Shown: positions 18,176-30,304 of the stretch, piece by piece
How the letters are laid out: each line of letters starts with the position of its first letter
How positions within the stretch are numbered: the stretch's first letter is position 1
Assembly: GCA_963809805.1 (NCBI GenBank)
Contig: CAWELB010000008.1
Span: 568,216-632,215 of the forward strand
Direction of reading: 5' to 3'
Source: an uncultured Chloroflexia bacterium
GTDB taxonomy: Bacteria > Chloroflexota > Anaerolineae > Anaerolineales > UBA4823
Length of the DNA stretch: 64,000 nt
Made by a program: the position numbers and the translations under genes
Notes under the pieces: generated by a model
What the model saw: the letters and a program-made list of their open reading frames with translations, nothing else
What the model was told of the DNA's origin: nothing
The model's database searches: none

Positions 18176-20345
18176 TTGACTTCGGTCGCCAAACTGGATC
18201 GAAATCGTAGGCAGGATTTACCACAATCGGATGTCGTTCTACACCGTTTGTTCGCATCACATAGATATCATGATTCCCAGAAAACCAGCTTGTAAATAAC
18301 AACCAGTAACCGTCGAACGAGTAGTTTAAGTCCAGTACCAGCTGAGAGTTAGCCACCTCGACAGGCACCGTGCCCTCTTCTGAATAGGTGACGGCCATTA
18401 AATTGGTGGCACCGGTTGTATCGGATAATACCTGTCTTGTGTATATCACCACAGTACCGTCAGGTGACCATGCCGGTCCTTTGATGATATAGTCCCCTGT
18501 CCCCGAAATGAGACTTCGCCGGTTTTTTCCATCCGGATCCATTACCCAGATCCTGTTATCACTATTAACATAAGCAATCTCTGTTCCATTTGGAGACCAG
18601 GCAGGTTGTGAGATTGCCCTGGTCTCATCATCAACCAGAGACTTGACCGTGTAATCCAGTAAATTCAGTATGAAAATCCCAGGCACCCCCTCCTTGCGTA
18701 ATGACGTAAAAGCAATTTGATTTCCATCTGGAGACCAGCTTGGATCGTAATCACCACCTGGGGCACTCGGCAATGGGATCATTCCGGTGCCATCCGCGTT
18801 AATTATATAAAGACTTGCTCCTGGGTAAGAGCTCAAATGCCTGATGCAAGGTGATATGAATACGATCCTGATCCCATCCGGATCCCATTTTGGCTGACAC
18901 GCTCCCTCGGGGATTTCTGTGATCTGCCTTGGTTCTCTGGTCCCATCGAGATTCATAAGCCAAATTTCCACTACACCAGAGCGATTGGAAGCGAACGCTA
19001 TTTGACCCGCTCCACCCAAAGGCGTTGGAAGTGGGGTTCTTGTTATTGTGGGGGAAGGGGTTAGCGTAGGTGTTAGTGTTTGAAAAGGAGTAACTGTGAT
19101 TGTTGGTGTTGGTGAGTTGAACGTTGTAGGAGTTTGAGATAGGATGCCGATGATAGGCAGTTGAGTGGTAGTTGCTAAGGGCAAAGTAGGGGTCAGGGTG
19201 GGCATTACTCCCGGAGCGATGTACCCGATCATTCGTTTTACCAGGTCAGGTCTGAATGCATAAGTCGCAAATCCACTCAATACCAGCAAAGGTAAAAGGA
19301 TGAATAATAACCAGTCTGCTGATCGTCTTTGATTTTTTAGTGGGACTGGTAATAACTCTAAATCATCGATATCTGGATCAAGCGGGCGAGTAGATCCTTT
19401 TTTCTCCTTACCTGACCCATGACCTTTTTTTGCTCTATCCTTTCTTACTGAACTACTTACCACACCAGGTAATTGATCATGCAATGTGATCGGAGGCGGC
19501 TGCAACACCAATTCCAAAGGTACCTTTCGTCGCGAGATACTCCGGGCTTCCATCAAATCGTATCTCAGTTCATCAGCAGTTTGGTAGCGATCCTTTGGTT
19601 GAATTGCCAGACATTTTTCAATGATCTTTACCACATGATCCGATACTCTGGGGTTGAGTTTTTGGATAGCTGTCAGTTCAACCCGGTTCATAGCCCGATC
19701 AAGTCCATCTTCTGGAACCGCATTGGTCAGAGCACAAAACAGTGTTGCTCCTAGCGAGTATATATCCGATCGGCCATCGGTGCGTGCACTCCCATATTGT
19801 TCGGGTGGCGAATATCCAGGTGTCATCGCCCTCGCACCTGTATGTGTAGCTTCACGCCCCTCCACAACTTTAGCCAGACCAAAATCGACCAGATATATAT
19901 GACCGTGGGGAGTGATTCTCACATTACCGGGTTTAATATCGCGATGCAGGATGACTGGTGTCCGTGTATGCATATACGAAATTGCATCACAAATCGCTAC
20001 TCCAATAATGATCACTTCCTGTTCAGGTAATGGGCCCAACCGATCCAGCCGTTGTCTCAGATCTTCTCCCTCGATGAAATCCATGACCAGATATTGGCCA
20101 AGTGGTTCGATCACAAAATGGTCTGATACACGTGGTAAATTTTGTTGGCGTAGGCTGGCTAGAATTGTTGCTTCCAGGCGGAATTGACGTGCATATTCAT
20201 CGGTGGTGAAAAGATTTTCCTTGAGAGCCACCTCTACGCCCAGGTTCTCATCTATGGCTTTGTACACTGCCGCCATTCCGCCTTGTCCGAGGACCTCGAC
20301 AATGCGGTAGCGATTGTTCAGCAGTGAGCCAGATTCCAATGTCAT
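18162..20345 (-). CDS. Membrane Ser/Thr protein kinase with an extracellular TolB-like (PD40) beta-propeller
   Basis: LGQGGMAAVY, HRDIKPGN, DFG, TPGYSPPEQ; TM helix; Thr/Pro linker; repeated PxWSPDG. Confidence 0.92.
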   Translation of the reverse strand: MTLESGSLLNNRYRIVEVLGQGGMAAVYKAIDENLGVEVALKENLFTTDEYARQFRLEATILASLRQQNLPRVSDHFVIEPLGQYLVMDFIEGEDLRQRLDRLGPLPEQEVIIIGVAICDAISYMHTRTPVILHRDIKPGNVRITPHGHIYLVDFGLAKVVEGREATHTGARAMTPGYSPPEQYGSARTDGRSDIYSLGATLFCALTNAVPEDGLDRAMNRVELTAIQKLNPRVSDHVVKIIEKCLAIQPKDRYQTADELRYDLMEARSISRRKVPLELVLQPPPITLHDQLPGVVSSSVRKDRAKKGHGSGKEKKGSTRPLDPDIDDLELLPVPLKNQRRSADWLLFILLPLLVLSGFATYAFRPDLVKRMIGYIAPGVMPTLTPTLPLATTTQLPIIGILSQTPTTFNSPTPTITVTPFQTLTPTLTPSPTITRTPLPTPLGGAGQIAFASNRSGVVEIWLMNLDGTREPRQITEIPEGACQPKWDPDGIRIVFISPCIRHLSSYPGASLYIINADGTGMIPLPSAPGGDYDPSWSPDGNQIAFTSLRKEGVPGIFILNLLDYTVKSLVDDETRAISQPAWSPNGTEIAYVNSDNRIWVMDPDGKNRRSLISGTGDYIIKGPAWSPDGTVVIYTRQVLSDTTGATNLMAVTYSEEGTVPVEVANSQLVLDLNYSFDGYWLLFTSWFSGNHDIYVMRTNGVERHPIVVNPAYDFDPVWRPKSINLP

Positions 20346-20589
20346 TATCTAGGTATTATACGTGAGTGGAGGCGTTCTGTAATAGTCATATTGAGTATAT
20401 TCCATTCATCCCTTTGCGAGCTGAATGGTATCTATCCTTGGTGAATTCTACTGAACCTCATGTGGAGCATGGAGTCAATCAGGGTGGGCTAAGAGAAATG
20501 TCAGGTACCGGAAGTACTTCGACAATAATTTAGCACTTATTATTCAATGGAGACCTTGAAATATCCCAATATCATATATACCACTGGGA

Positions 20590-22527
<1,938 letters not shown>

Positions 22528-23541
22528 TTACCCGCCTGATATGATCGCATCGCTCCGCGATTTGAGCGACTTGAGCGTTTCTTGCGCCCATTTGTCTGCA
22601 TCACGATAATAGATAAAGCTCGCTGCCAGCAGTGCGCTCGTAATAAATGCATGCCCTCCTACTCCAACCAAAGTCAACCATGAGTTTTCAGGCGGCACCC
22701 GCCACAACAAATCCAGCCCTTCGCTGATGGCTAAAACCGTTAGGAAGAATAACGATGTAGTAGGTAATGTCATCCTGGTCAGGACCATACTTCTCTGAAC
22801 CGATGTCAGGGCATTAATGTGGTTCATGAATATGCCATGTGCAGAGAATAGCAATGGAAAAGCCAGCCAAAGAATCACTCCTAAATAAATAAACAAAGCA
22901 AATTGCCCCAGTGGTATACCAAGCAAAGCAATTGCAGATATTACACAACTAGAAGGGATGCTTATGATTACAAATATGATCAACAATGCCAAGGTCAAGC
23001 TAAGGATCTGAATCGATGACCATACCCAATTCCTGATCACTTTTCGTAATTCAAGCCTGCCATTGAGCGAAACCTGGACGACAAGATTATAGTAGAAACA
23101 TCCGGCGATCAGACCCACCATCAATAAACCAATTGCCAGGCAAACCACAATGATTGGATTGGAAAGATCGATAAATATCGGAGAGCCTCCCGGGGTCGTC
23201 ACGGGTAATCTGGAGGCCATTAAGCTGGGAATTCCTACTGGAATAGTCCTCAGCAGGCTGACCAGGTTAAACTGTGTCGCAAGTGTGCGCACCATTTCGA
23301 TACTGGTGGATATTATGTCTCCAGTTTGTGTTGAGGTGACTGGTGTGGAAGTAAGCATGCGGTCAAGATAATTATTTACCAGTGTTTTTACCTGCAGGTG
23401 CGGGCCCAGCCATAACAGCAGATCAATCCCTATTGGAATTAGAATGATCACGAACTGGTTCGCAATCGCATCAAAACCCGCCCGCAATGAAGCAATCATA
23501 TTGGGTGGTGCAGGCATAACTTGAGATTCTATTTTATCCAT
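22528..23541 (-). CDS. Hypothetical polytopic membrane protein
   Basis: Several hydrophobic helices; ATG 23541 lies 10 nt after a TGgTAAAAT element. Confidence 0.75.
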   Translation of the reverse strand: MDKIESQVMPAPPNMIASLRAGFDAIANQFVIILIPIGIDLLLWLGPHLQVKTLVNNYLDRMLTSTPVTSTQTGDIISTSIEMVRTLATQFNLVSLLRTIPVGIPSLMASRLPVTTPGGSPIFIDLSNPIIVVCLAIGLLMVGLIAGCFYYNLVVQVSLNGRLELRKVIRNWVWSSIQILSLTLALLIIFVIISIPSSCVISAIALLGIPLGQFALFIYLGVILWLAFPLLFSAHGIFMNHINALTSVQRSMVLTRMTLPTTSLFFLTVLAISEGLDLLWRVPPENSWLTLVGVGGHAFITSALLAASFIYYRDADKWAQETLKSLKSRSDAIISGG

Positions 23542-23639
23542 ACGGCATTCCATTTTACCATAGAGGCTACTGTATCGTATTCGGGATATCAATGCCGAAA
23601 TTATTTGCAATATTTATTACTATACAATAAAATACTCCA

Positions 23640-25100
23640 ATGCACATTATCGGTAGAAAATCGATAAACTTGTTTTCTGGTGTAACAATCGTTCTTTTTT
23701 TGCTCGCTCTTTTTTCAATACCAGTTCTTGCCAGCACGCCTCGAGAAACCCTCCCCCGAGGGAATCAGTCGGTTACTCCGACAATATTCCCTTCGCTAAA
23801 TCAGCAAGGAGATTTATCCGCAACTCCCAGTATCTCAATTACTTATACGATTATCATTACGGATACTCCAACTCCAGAATTCACACCAACCCCAACCTCA
23901 ACTCCTACATCTCTTCCTACTCCAACGAACACGCCACTTCCTACTCAATTTTCATTCCTGCCCCATCTTTACCGGGATTTCTTTGTTCCTACCTACACTC
24001 CCACTCCCACTCCCCCGCCTCCCGAAACTGTGCTTTTTTGCGATAGTATTAGTGATCCCATAGCTATACCAGACAATAATGCAAATGGTATCAATAATGA
24101 TATTTCCATCTCAGATGGCCGAGTACTGGTGAATGTACGCCTGTACCTTGATATAAGTCATTCCTACGTGGGTGATTTGGTGGTCACACTCAGCAATTTG
24201 AATATCAATCAAACCAGCACGGCCATTCATCGTCCGGGTCCTCCACCCTATGGGTGCGCTAATTCGGATATCGTCTCCATCCTTGATAGTAGTGCTATCC
24301 GGCCAGCAAATGATATATGTGCTGCTTATCCACATGCGATTTCTGGTATTTATCTGCCCAATGATAACTTGAATGTTTTTACCGGACAAAGTGCAGCAGG
24401 CACATGGAGGCTCAATGTCTCGGACCGTTATATCAATGATACAGGCCGTCTCAACCATTGGTGCCTGGAAACTCAACTATCCGATTCGCTTCCTGCTCCC
24501 ACCCCCACACCACCGCCTATATCCATACCGCCCAGCGCATATATCGATGGAATGTGGGGCCAGGACCAACAATTTAAATTGGATTGCGAGTCCCGTTCAG
24601 CAGTGGATTGGGCCAGGCATTTTAATGCAAATATTGATGAGCTCGATTTTCTAAACCATCTTCCAAGATCGGATGATCCTGAAGCCGGATTTGTCGGTAA
24701 TCCAAATGGCATCTGGGGCAATATACCACCCAATGATTATGGTGTTCACGCATCTCCTGTCGCAGACTTATTAGGAAGCTATGGTCTGACGGCGAAGTCT
24801 TACAAATCTCTCAGCTGGGATGACCTGCGTACAGAAATTGCTTCCGGTAACCCTGTCATCGTTTGGATCATCGGTGATAACTTTAGAAATCTGGTCAATG
24901 GGACTCCTCACTATTACACGGCAGCTTCAACTGGAAATACAACCATCGTGTCTCCATATGAACACACGGTGATTCTGGTTGGTTATAATTCGTCAAGTGT
25001 TAGAGTCTTGAATGGTGCTAGATTTATGGATATTGATCTATCCCAGTTTCTGGATTCATGGTCGGCATTGGATTTCATGGCAGTTCTGGCTCGTCCGTAA
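23640..25100 (+). CDS. Secreted protein with a proprotein-convertase P-like domain and a C39-like peptidase domain
   Basis: Signal peptide, TP repeats, ISHSYVGDLVVTL and AGTWRLNVSD (P-domain), LDCESRS (Cys) and EHTVILVGY (His). Confidence 0.75.
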   Translation: MHIIGRKSINLFSGVTIVLFLLALFSIPVLASTPRETLPRGNQSVTPTIFPSLNQQGDLSATPSISITYTIIITDTPTPEFTPTPTSTPTSLPTPTNTPLPTQFSFLPHLYRDFFVPTYTPTPTPPPPETVLFCDSISDPIAIPDNNANGINNDISISDGRVLVNVRLYLDISHSYVGDLVVTLSNLNINQTSTAIHRPGPPPYGCANSDIVSILDSSAIRPANDICAAYPHAISGIYLPNDNLNVFTGQSAAGTWRLNVSDRYINDTGRLNHWCLETQLSDSLPAPTPTPPPISIPPSAYIDGMWGQDQQFKLDCESRSAVDWARHFNANIDELDFLNHLPRSDDPEAGFVGNPNGIWGNIPPNDYGVHASPVADLLGSYGLTAKSYKSLSWDDLRTEIASGNPVIVWIIGDNFRNLVNGTPHYYTAASTGNTTIVSPYEHTVILVGYNSSSVRVLNGARFMDIDLSQFLDSWSALDFMAVLARP

Positions 25101-25248
25101 AGGTAAACTCTGATTGAATTGTGCATCGAACAATAAATAGTAGGTCATTGTTTCTTCCTACTACCCATTGCTAATTAACTTTGTATCATCAATATTAATC
25201 AAGGGGTAATAACCGTGTAAACCAGAACTGATATAATGATTAATATTC

Positions 25249-25277
25249 TTGACATTAGTGACAAATGTCATTAGAAT
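25249..25277 (+). promoter_or_regulatory. Sigma70 promoter of the liv operon with an overlapping inverted repeat
   Basis: TTGACA (25249), 17 bp, TAGAAT (25272); TGACATT-N7-AATGTCA at 25250-25270. Confidence 0.7.
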
Positions 25278-25381
25278 TCGTCAAATTTTGCTGTATGGGG
25301 TTACAATAACAGTCAGGATGGTCCATCTGCTGTTATTGGATTTGAGTGTGCTGGTACCTGAGATATCCTTCAGGAGATGTA

Positions 25382-25391
25382 TAAGGAGGTG
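25382..25391 (+). promoter_or_regulatory. Orphan Shine-Dalgarno TAAGGAGGTG about 85 nt upstream of livK (STAB-SD-like)
   Basis: 10-nt perfect SD with no start codon at the usual spacing. Confidence 0.45.
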
Positions 25392-25476
25392 CGGGTAATC
25401 CATATCATAAAGTAGATCGCTCACATTGCAGAATAAATTCTATAGACTTAAAACTATCTCTTGGAGGAGACAGAAT

Positions 25477-26688
25477 ATGAGTAAACGTTTGTTCGTGATA
25501 TTGTCTATTGTAATGATCGCCAGTATGGTTTTATCGGCTTGCGCATCTGCAGGGTCTGGTAAACCAGCTGTCTGCGGCACCGATGCATTTGGCTGCGCGA
25601 CCATCACGCCAGGTCAGACCATTAAAATCGGTATGGGTTCTCCTTTGACCGGGGATAATGCTTCATTTGGCATCGATATATCCAATGCTGGTAAGCTGGC
25701 GATTACGGATGCCGGCCAATTCCAGGGCTTCTCTTTTGAGCTTGACAGCCAGGATGACGGTGGCACCGCTGAAGGCGGGGCATCAGTTGCCAACAAGCTG
25801 GTATCCGACCCCACTATCGTAGCAATTGCAGGCCACATTTTCTCTGGGGCTACCGCGGCTGCCATCCCCATCTATGAAAAGCTGGGTATTCCCATGATGT
25901 CGCCTTCTGCCACTAACCCTCCCCTGACCCAGAGTGGCTCAAAAGTCTTTAACCGCCTGGTCTTCACCGATGCAGACCAGGGTAAATTTGCCTCTCAATA
26001 CATCTTCAATGTCTTGAAAAAGAAGAACATTGCCATCATGCATGATGGACAGGCATACGGTCAAGGATTGGCAACTGTCGTTCAGGAACAATTTACTAAG
26101 CTAGGCGGTACGGTTGTCGCTTTTCAGGCGATTACCCCCGGCTTATCTGACTATAGCGCTCCGCTGGCAGACATCGCCTCGAAGAATCCTGAACTGCTTT
26201 ACTACGGTGGCTACGTCGCTGAGGCAGTGGTCATCATCAACCAGATGAAAACTGCTGGTCTTACCAACACACTCTTTTTTGGTGATGATGGAACGTTCGG
26301 CCAGGACTTCCTGGATCGCACCGCAGCCAATGGCGAAGGTGCATATGCAACTGCTCTGATCCCGGCGGCATCGCCTGCCAAAGATAAATTCGATGCTGCA
26401 TACCTGGCTGCCTATGGCCAACCGGCTGGTAAGCTCTCACCATATAGCTGGACTGGTTACGACTCGGTAGCAGTCTTGATCAAGACCATCGAATCTGTCG
26501 CCGTCAAAGGCAGTGATGGCAACCTGTATATACCACGCGGCGCATTAGTCACCGCTGTCCGCAACATTAAGGATTACCAGGGACTGTCTGGGGTGGTCAC
26601 GTGCTCAAGCGTAGGTGAATGTGCTGGATCCGGTCCAACCTTCTACATCGATCAGGGTGGTAAGTGGGTCGAAGCACCCAAATCATAA
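25477..26688 (+). CDS. livK: Branched-chain amino acid ABC substrate-binding lipoprotein
   Basis: GGAGGA SD, VLSAC lipobox, IKIGMGSPLTG, GHIFSG, SPSATNP. Confidence 0.88.
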   Translation: MSKRLFVILSIVMIASMVLSACASAGSGKPAVCGTDAFGCATITPGQTIKIGMGSPLTGDNASFGIDISNAGKLAITDAGQFQGFSFELDSQDDGGTAEGGASVANKLVSDPTIVAIAGHIFSGATAAAIPIYEKLGIPMMSPSATNPPLTQSGSKVFNRLVFTDADQGKFASQYIFNVLKKKNIAIMHDGQAYGQGLATVVQEQFTKLGGTVVAFQAITPGLSDYSAPLADIASKNPELLYYGGYVAEAVVIINQMKTAGLTNTLFFGDDGTFGQDFLDRTAANGEGAYATALIPAASPAKDKFDAAYLAAYGQPAGKLSPYSWTGYDSVAVLIKTIESVAVKGSDGNLYIPRGALVTAVRNIKDYQGLSGVVTCSSVGECAGSGPTFYIDQGGKWVEAPKS

Positions 26689-26708
26689 ATCTGGCTAGAA
26701 TAAATTAT

Positions 26709-26737
26709 GCGGGGCAAGCGTTCCTTGCTTGCCCCGC
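26709..26737 (+). terminator. Intergenic stem-loop after livK
   Basis: GCGGGGCAAGC-N7-GCTTGCCCCGC, 11-bp stem, no U-tract. Confidence 0.6.
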
Positions 26738-26757
26738 CATGCTATAATTTAACCAAC

Positions 26758-27861
26758 ATGGAAACCACCACTGAACGGATTCGCACCCCTTTCAATACCT
26801 ATAGACTCATACAAATTATCCTTGCTGTCCTATTCAGCCTTTACCTGGTTTGGCGTCTCTACGATGTATCCATAGGTCATCCTCCCTATGGTTTAGATAC
26901 CTGGGTGAGGCTGGCGCTATCCGGTGTCATCTTGGGCAGCGTGTATGCCCTTATCGCGATTGGCTATACCCTGGTATATGGCATTTTATTCATGATTAAT
27001 TTCGCCCATGGCGATATCATGATGCTTGGTGCGTTTGGTGGTTTTTTTGTGTTCGAAGCTGCCAGGAACATCTCTGGTGGCACCGTAGGTGGAATCCAAA
27101 TATCCTTTGCAAATGCTCACCCGGTGATCACAATCATCCTTGCTTTCATTGTAGGGATGACTGTGGCTTCGTTGAGTGGTTTCTTCCTCGAGCGCATCGC
27201 CTATCGTCCGTTGCGCAACGCGCCACGTTTGGTGCCGCTCATCAGTGCCATAGGTGCATCCATTTTCCTTGAGAACGCAGCCCAATTACTCTTCGGTGCT
27301 CAGCGGCGCGATTTCGCTAATCCTGCCATCCTATCTAGAGACCTGGGGTGGAATATCACGGTGGGTCAAAGTAATGTGGTCGTCAGCTATACCGGGGTTT
27401 TTACGATTGTTCTATCAATCATCATCATGATTGGTTTGTACCTGTTGGTGCAGCGTACGCGTTTTGGTCGTGCCATGCGCGCTGTGGCTGAAAACAAACA
27501 AACTGCGGCTTTGATGGGTATCGATGTGGACGCGATCATCAGCCGTACTTTCATTGTTTCAGGTGCGCTGGCCGGGGCAGCCGGTGTGATGTGGGGCATC
27601 CATCTAGGGTTGGTGTATTACCTGGTCGGCTTCACCCCTGGTATCAAAGCTTTTACCGCCGCAGTCTTGGGCGGTATCGGCAACGTACCGGGAGCTATGT
27701 TGGGGGGGATGTTCTTGGGGATCGTTGAAGCGATTGGACCAGCTGTCTTGGGTATCGGCTTCCAGCTAAAAGACGTGATTGCCTTTGCCATCCTGGTGCT
27801 AATATTGATATTTCGTCCAACAGGCATCTTGGGTGAAGTACTTACCGAGGATAAAGTCTGA
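26758..27861 (+). CDS. livH: BCAA ABC permease
   Basis: YALIAIGYTLVYG, INFAHG, GRAMRAVA, KAFTAAVLGGIG. Confidence 0.92.
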   Translation: METTTERIRTPFNTYRLIQIILAVLFSLYLVWRLYDVSIGHPPYGLDTWVRLALSGVILGSVYALIAIGYTLVYGILFMINFAHGDIMMLGAFGGFFVFEAARNISGGTVGGIQISFANAHPVITIILAFIVGMTVASLSGFFLERIAYRPLRNAPRLVPLISAIGASIFLENAAQLLFGAQRRDFANPAILSRDLGWNITVGQSNVVVSYTGVFTIVLSIIIMIGLYLLVQRTRFGRAMRAVAENKQTAALMGIDVDAIISRTFIVSGALAGAAGVMWGIHLGLVYYLVGFTPGIKAFTAAVLGGIGNVPGAMLGGMFLGIVEAIGPAVLGIGFQLKDVIAFAILVLILIFRPTGILGEVLTEDKV

Positions 27862-29456
27862 TGAAGACCCATCTGAGAACTGGTTCACGCACAGGGATCA
27901 TATTTGGCATATTCCTTATTTTCTTAATCCTGATCGGATTCCAGGCAACCGCTGCAGATCTTATCGGTAGTCTCCTGGGAAATAATAATGCCGGACAGGT
28001 GTTTGGCTTGGCACCAGTCGCGCTCAATATGATGATTTTCTTCGGCTTAATCGGTTTTTGGGCAGGGTCCAGCGGTGCCAGGCCTACCCGATCAACCAGG
28101 ATACTTTTTTCTCTTGCGGGTGCAATGGTTGCTGGTGTAATAGTGGGCTTGATGCTGGGTGTCATGGCATTCATCCTCGGTACATTGAATGCAGCCGGCG
28201 TTAACATGTCCTTTTATCTGGCTGAATTACTGCCCGCCACAGTTCAGCAATTTACTCTTGATTTAAGTCCATTGCCAGCTGGGATCATTTATCTGGTGTT
28301 TTTAACCATTGCCAGTGGATTGGGCGGCCTTTTAGCAATTGGCCTTGGCTCAGACTTCTGGCAACGCAGTGTATCCAAACGCTGGTCACAATCCCGCCAG
28401 AATTTTATGGAGCGACCTGGATTACAAAGAATCCGAACCAACAAGCTCACAAGATTCATCGTATATGGGATCCTTCTGCTCATCGTATTTTTGCTGCCTA
28501 CTCAGCTCGGTCAATATTGGAATTACACGCTGGGTACAGTCGGCATTTACGTGCTGTTAGGCTTGGGTTTGAACATTGTTGTTGGTCTCGCCGGTTTGCT
28601 GGACCTGGGATACGTAGCCTTCTTTGCGATTGGGGCTTATACCATGGCATTATTGACTGCACCAGTTCCCCATCACCTGTTGTGGAACTTCTGGTATGTG
28701 ATCCCGATTGGTATTGTCCTGGCGGCGTGTGCGGGGATCCTGCTTGGTGTCCCTGTTTTGCGCATGCGTGGCGACTATCTTGCCATCGTGACTTTGGGTT
28801 TTGGTGAAATCATCCGCATCTTGGTCGGTAGTGATTTGCTCTCAAGCTTTTCGGGAGGCCCGCGCGGGGTACCGAGCATTGGACAACCCTCTTTGTTTGG
28901 TAAATCTTTTAATAGCAATTTGGATTTTCTATATTTGATTATCCTGGCGGTAATTCTTATCATATTTGTCACAAACCGCCTGAAAGCATCGCATGTGGGT
29001 CGAGCATGGGAATCTATGCGTGAGGATGAGACGGTCGCCCGAGCCATGGGAATTAACACCCTCAAGTATAAATTGCTTGCCTTTGCCATCGGCGCAGCGT
29101 TTGCCGGGCTGGGAGGAGCGCTTTTTGCCTCACGAAACCAGTTCACCGGACCAGACGATCATACATTAATGGTCTCAATCAACGTTCTTTGCATGGTGAT
29201 CGTAGGCGGTATGGGTAGTATCCCCGGTGTTATTGCTGGAGCGTTCGTGTTGAAAGGTCTGCCGGAAGTCTTGCGCCAGCTGCAAGATTACCGTATTGTG
29301 ACATTCGGGGCCCTGTTGGTTGTAATGATGATCATGCGCCCGGAAGGCTTGATACCTTCCACGCGCAGGCGTATGGAATTGCACGAAGCTGTCGACACAC
29401 ATCCACCTGAAGCAGTTGATATCGGGACCAAAGACAAAGAAATGATAACGAAATGA
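27861..29456 (+). CDS. livM: BCAA ABC permease with an extra N-terminal membrane domain
   Basis: LGLNIVVGLAGLLDLGY, LRMRGDYLAIVTLGFGEI, RPEGL; about 190-aa N-terminal extension. Confidence 0.9.
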   Translation: MKTHLRTGSRTGIIFGIFLIFLILIGFQATAADLIGSLLGNNNAGQVFGLAPVALNMMIFFGLIGFWAGSSGARPTRSTRILFSLAGAMVAGVIVGLMLGVMAFILGTLNAAGVNMSFYLAELLPATVQQFTLDLSPLPAGIIYLVFLTIASGLGGLLAIGLGSDFWQRSVSKRWSQSRQNFMERPGLQRIRTNKLTRFIVYGILLLIVFLLPTQLGQYWNYTLGTVGIYVLLGLGLNIVVGLAGLLDLGYVAFFAIGAYTMALLTAPVPHHLLWNFWYVIPIGIVLAACAGILLGVPVLRMRGDYLAIVTLGFGEIIRILVGSDLLSSFSGGPRGVPSIGQPSLFGKSFNSNLDFLYLIILAVILIIFVTNRLKASHVGRAWESMREDETVARAMGINTLKYKLLAFAIGAAFAGLGGALFASRNQFTGPDDHTLMVSINVLCMVIVGGMGSIPGVIAGAFVLKGLPEVLRQLQDYRIVTFGALLVVMMIMRPEGLIPSTRRRMELHEAVDTHPPEAVDIGTKDKEMITK

Positions 29457-30280
29457 ACGCTCTCGAAACCCATAAGCTGACCAAAGTTTTTGGTGGTCTG
29501 ACAGCTGTAAACAATCTCGACCTCGTCGTGCCTGAGCTGACCATCGCAAGCGTGATTGGTCCTAATGGTGCTGGAAAAACCACTTTTTTTAATTGCATTA
29601 CCGGTTTTTATACCAAATATTCTGGTCAATCTTTATTCTTTGACCGGTCTATCGTTGGATTAAGCCCGGATCGGATTGCTTCACTAGGCATCGCCCGCAC
29701 TTATCAAAATATTCGTCTGTTTGCAAATATGACTGCGATCGAAAATATCCTGGTTGGAGAACATACCAGGTTGAAATCCTCCTGGATGGAAGCTATTATC
29801 CGTACCCCTCATATCAATAAAGAGGAAAAGGAAGCTTTAGAGGAAGCAAGCCATTTGCTACGTTTTGTAGGTCTGTCCGGTATGGGCGATCTGCTTGCAC
29901 GTAATCTACCGTATGGTGCTCAACGCCGCCTCGAGATCGCCCGTGCGCTTGCCAGCAAACCTCGTATGCTTTTGCTGGATGAACCTACTGCCGGTATGAA
30001 CCCGCACGAGACAGGCGATATGATGCGCTTCATCCGGCGGTTGCGTGATGAGGTTGGTATCACCATTCTAATGATTGAACACGATATGCGCGTGGTTATG
30101 GGCGTCAGCGAGAAAATTACGGTATTGGATTACGGGCAGAAGATAGCTGAAGGTGATCCCATGGAGATCCAGGGTAATCCACTCGTTATTGAAGCTTACC
30201 TGGGTCGCGGCGCTGCTTCTGGTCTAGGCAATTCTGGAACTTTCAATCCTATTACTGAGCCCACCCCACCTGCTGGCTGA
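29453..30280 (+). CDS. livG: BCAA ABC ATP-binding protein
   Basis: GPNGAGKTT, LPYGAQRRLEIARA, LLDEP, VIEAYLG. Confidence 0.94.
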   Translation: MNALETHKLTKVFGGLTAVNNLDLVVPELTIASVIGPNGAGKTTFFNCITGFYTKYSGQSLFFDRSIVGLSPDRIASLGIARTYQNIRLFANMTAIENILVGEHTRLKSSWMEAIIRTPHINKEEKEALEEASHLLRFVGLSGMGDLLARNLPYGAQRRLEIARALASKPRMLLLDEPTAGMNPHETGDMMRFIRRLRDEVGITILMIEHDMRVVMGVSEKITVLDYGQKIAEGDPMEIQGNPLVIEAYLGRGAASGLGNSGTFNPITEPTPPAG

Positions 30281-30304
30281 TCTATACGGGATAAGGATAT
30301 TTCA

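Noticed and set aside
20346-20589. 245-bp intergenic region as a possible ncRNA
   Set aside because: Only short imperfect hairpins; no recognisable family motif.
23860-24030. Repetitive ACTCC/ACACC DNA (also near 3500-3560 and 19020-19200)
   Set aside because: Encodes Thr/Pro linkers; not CRISPR or tandem DNA repeats.
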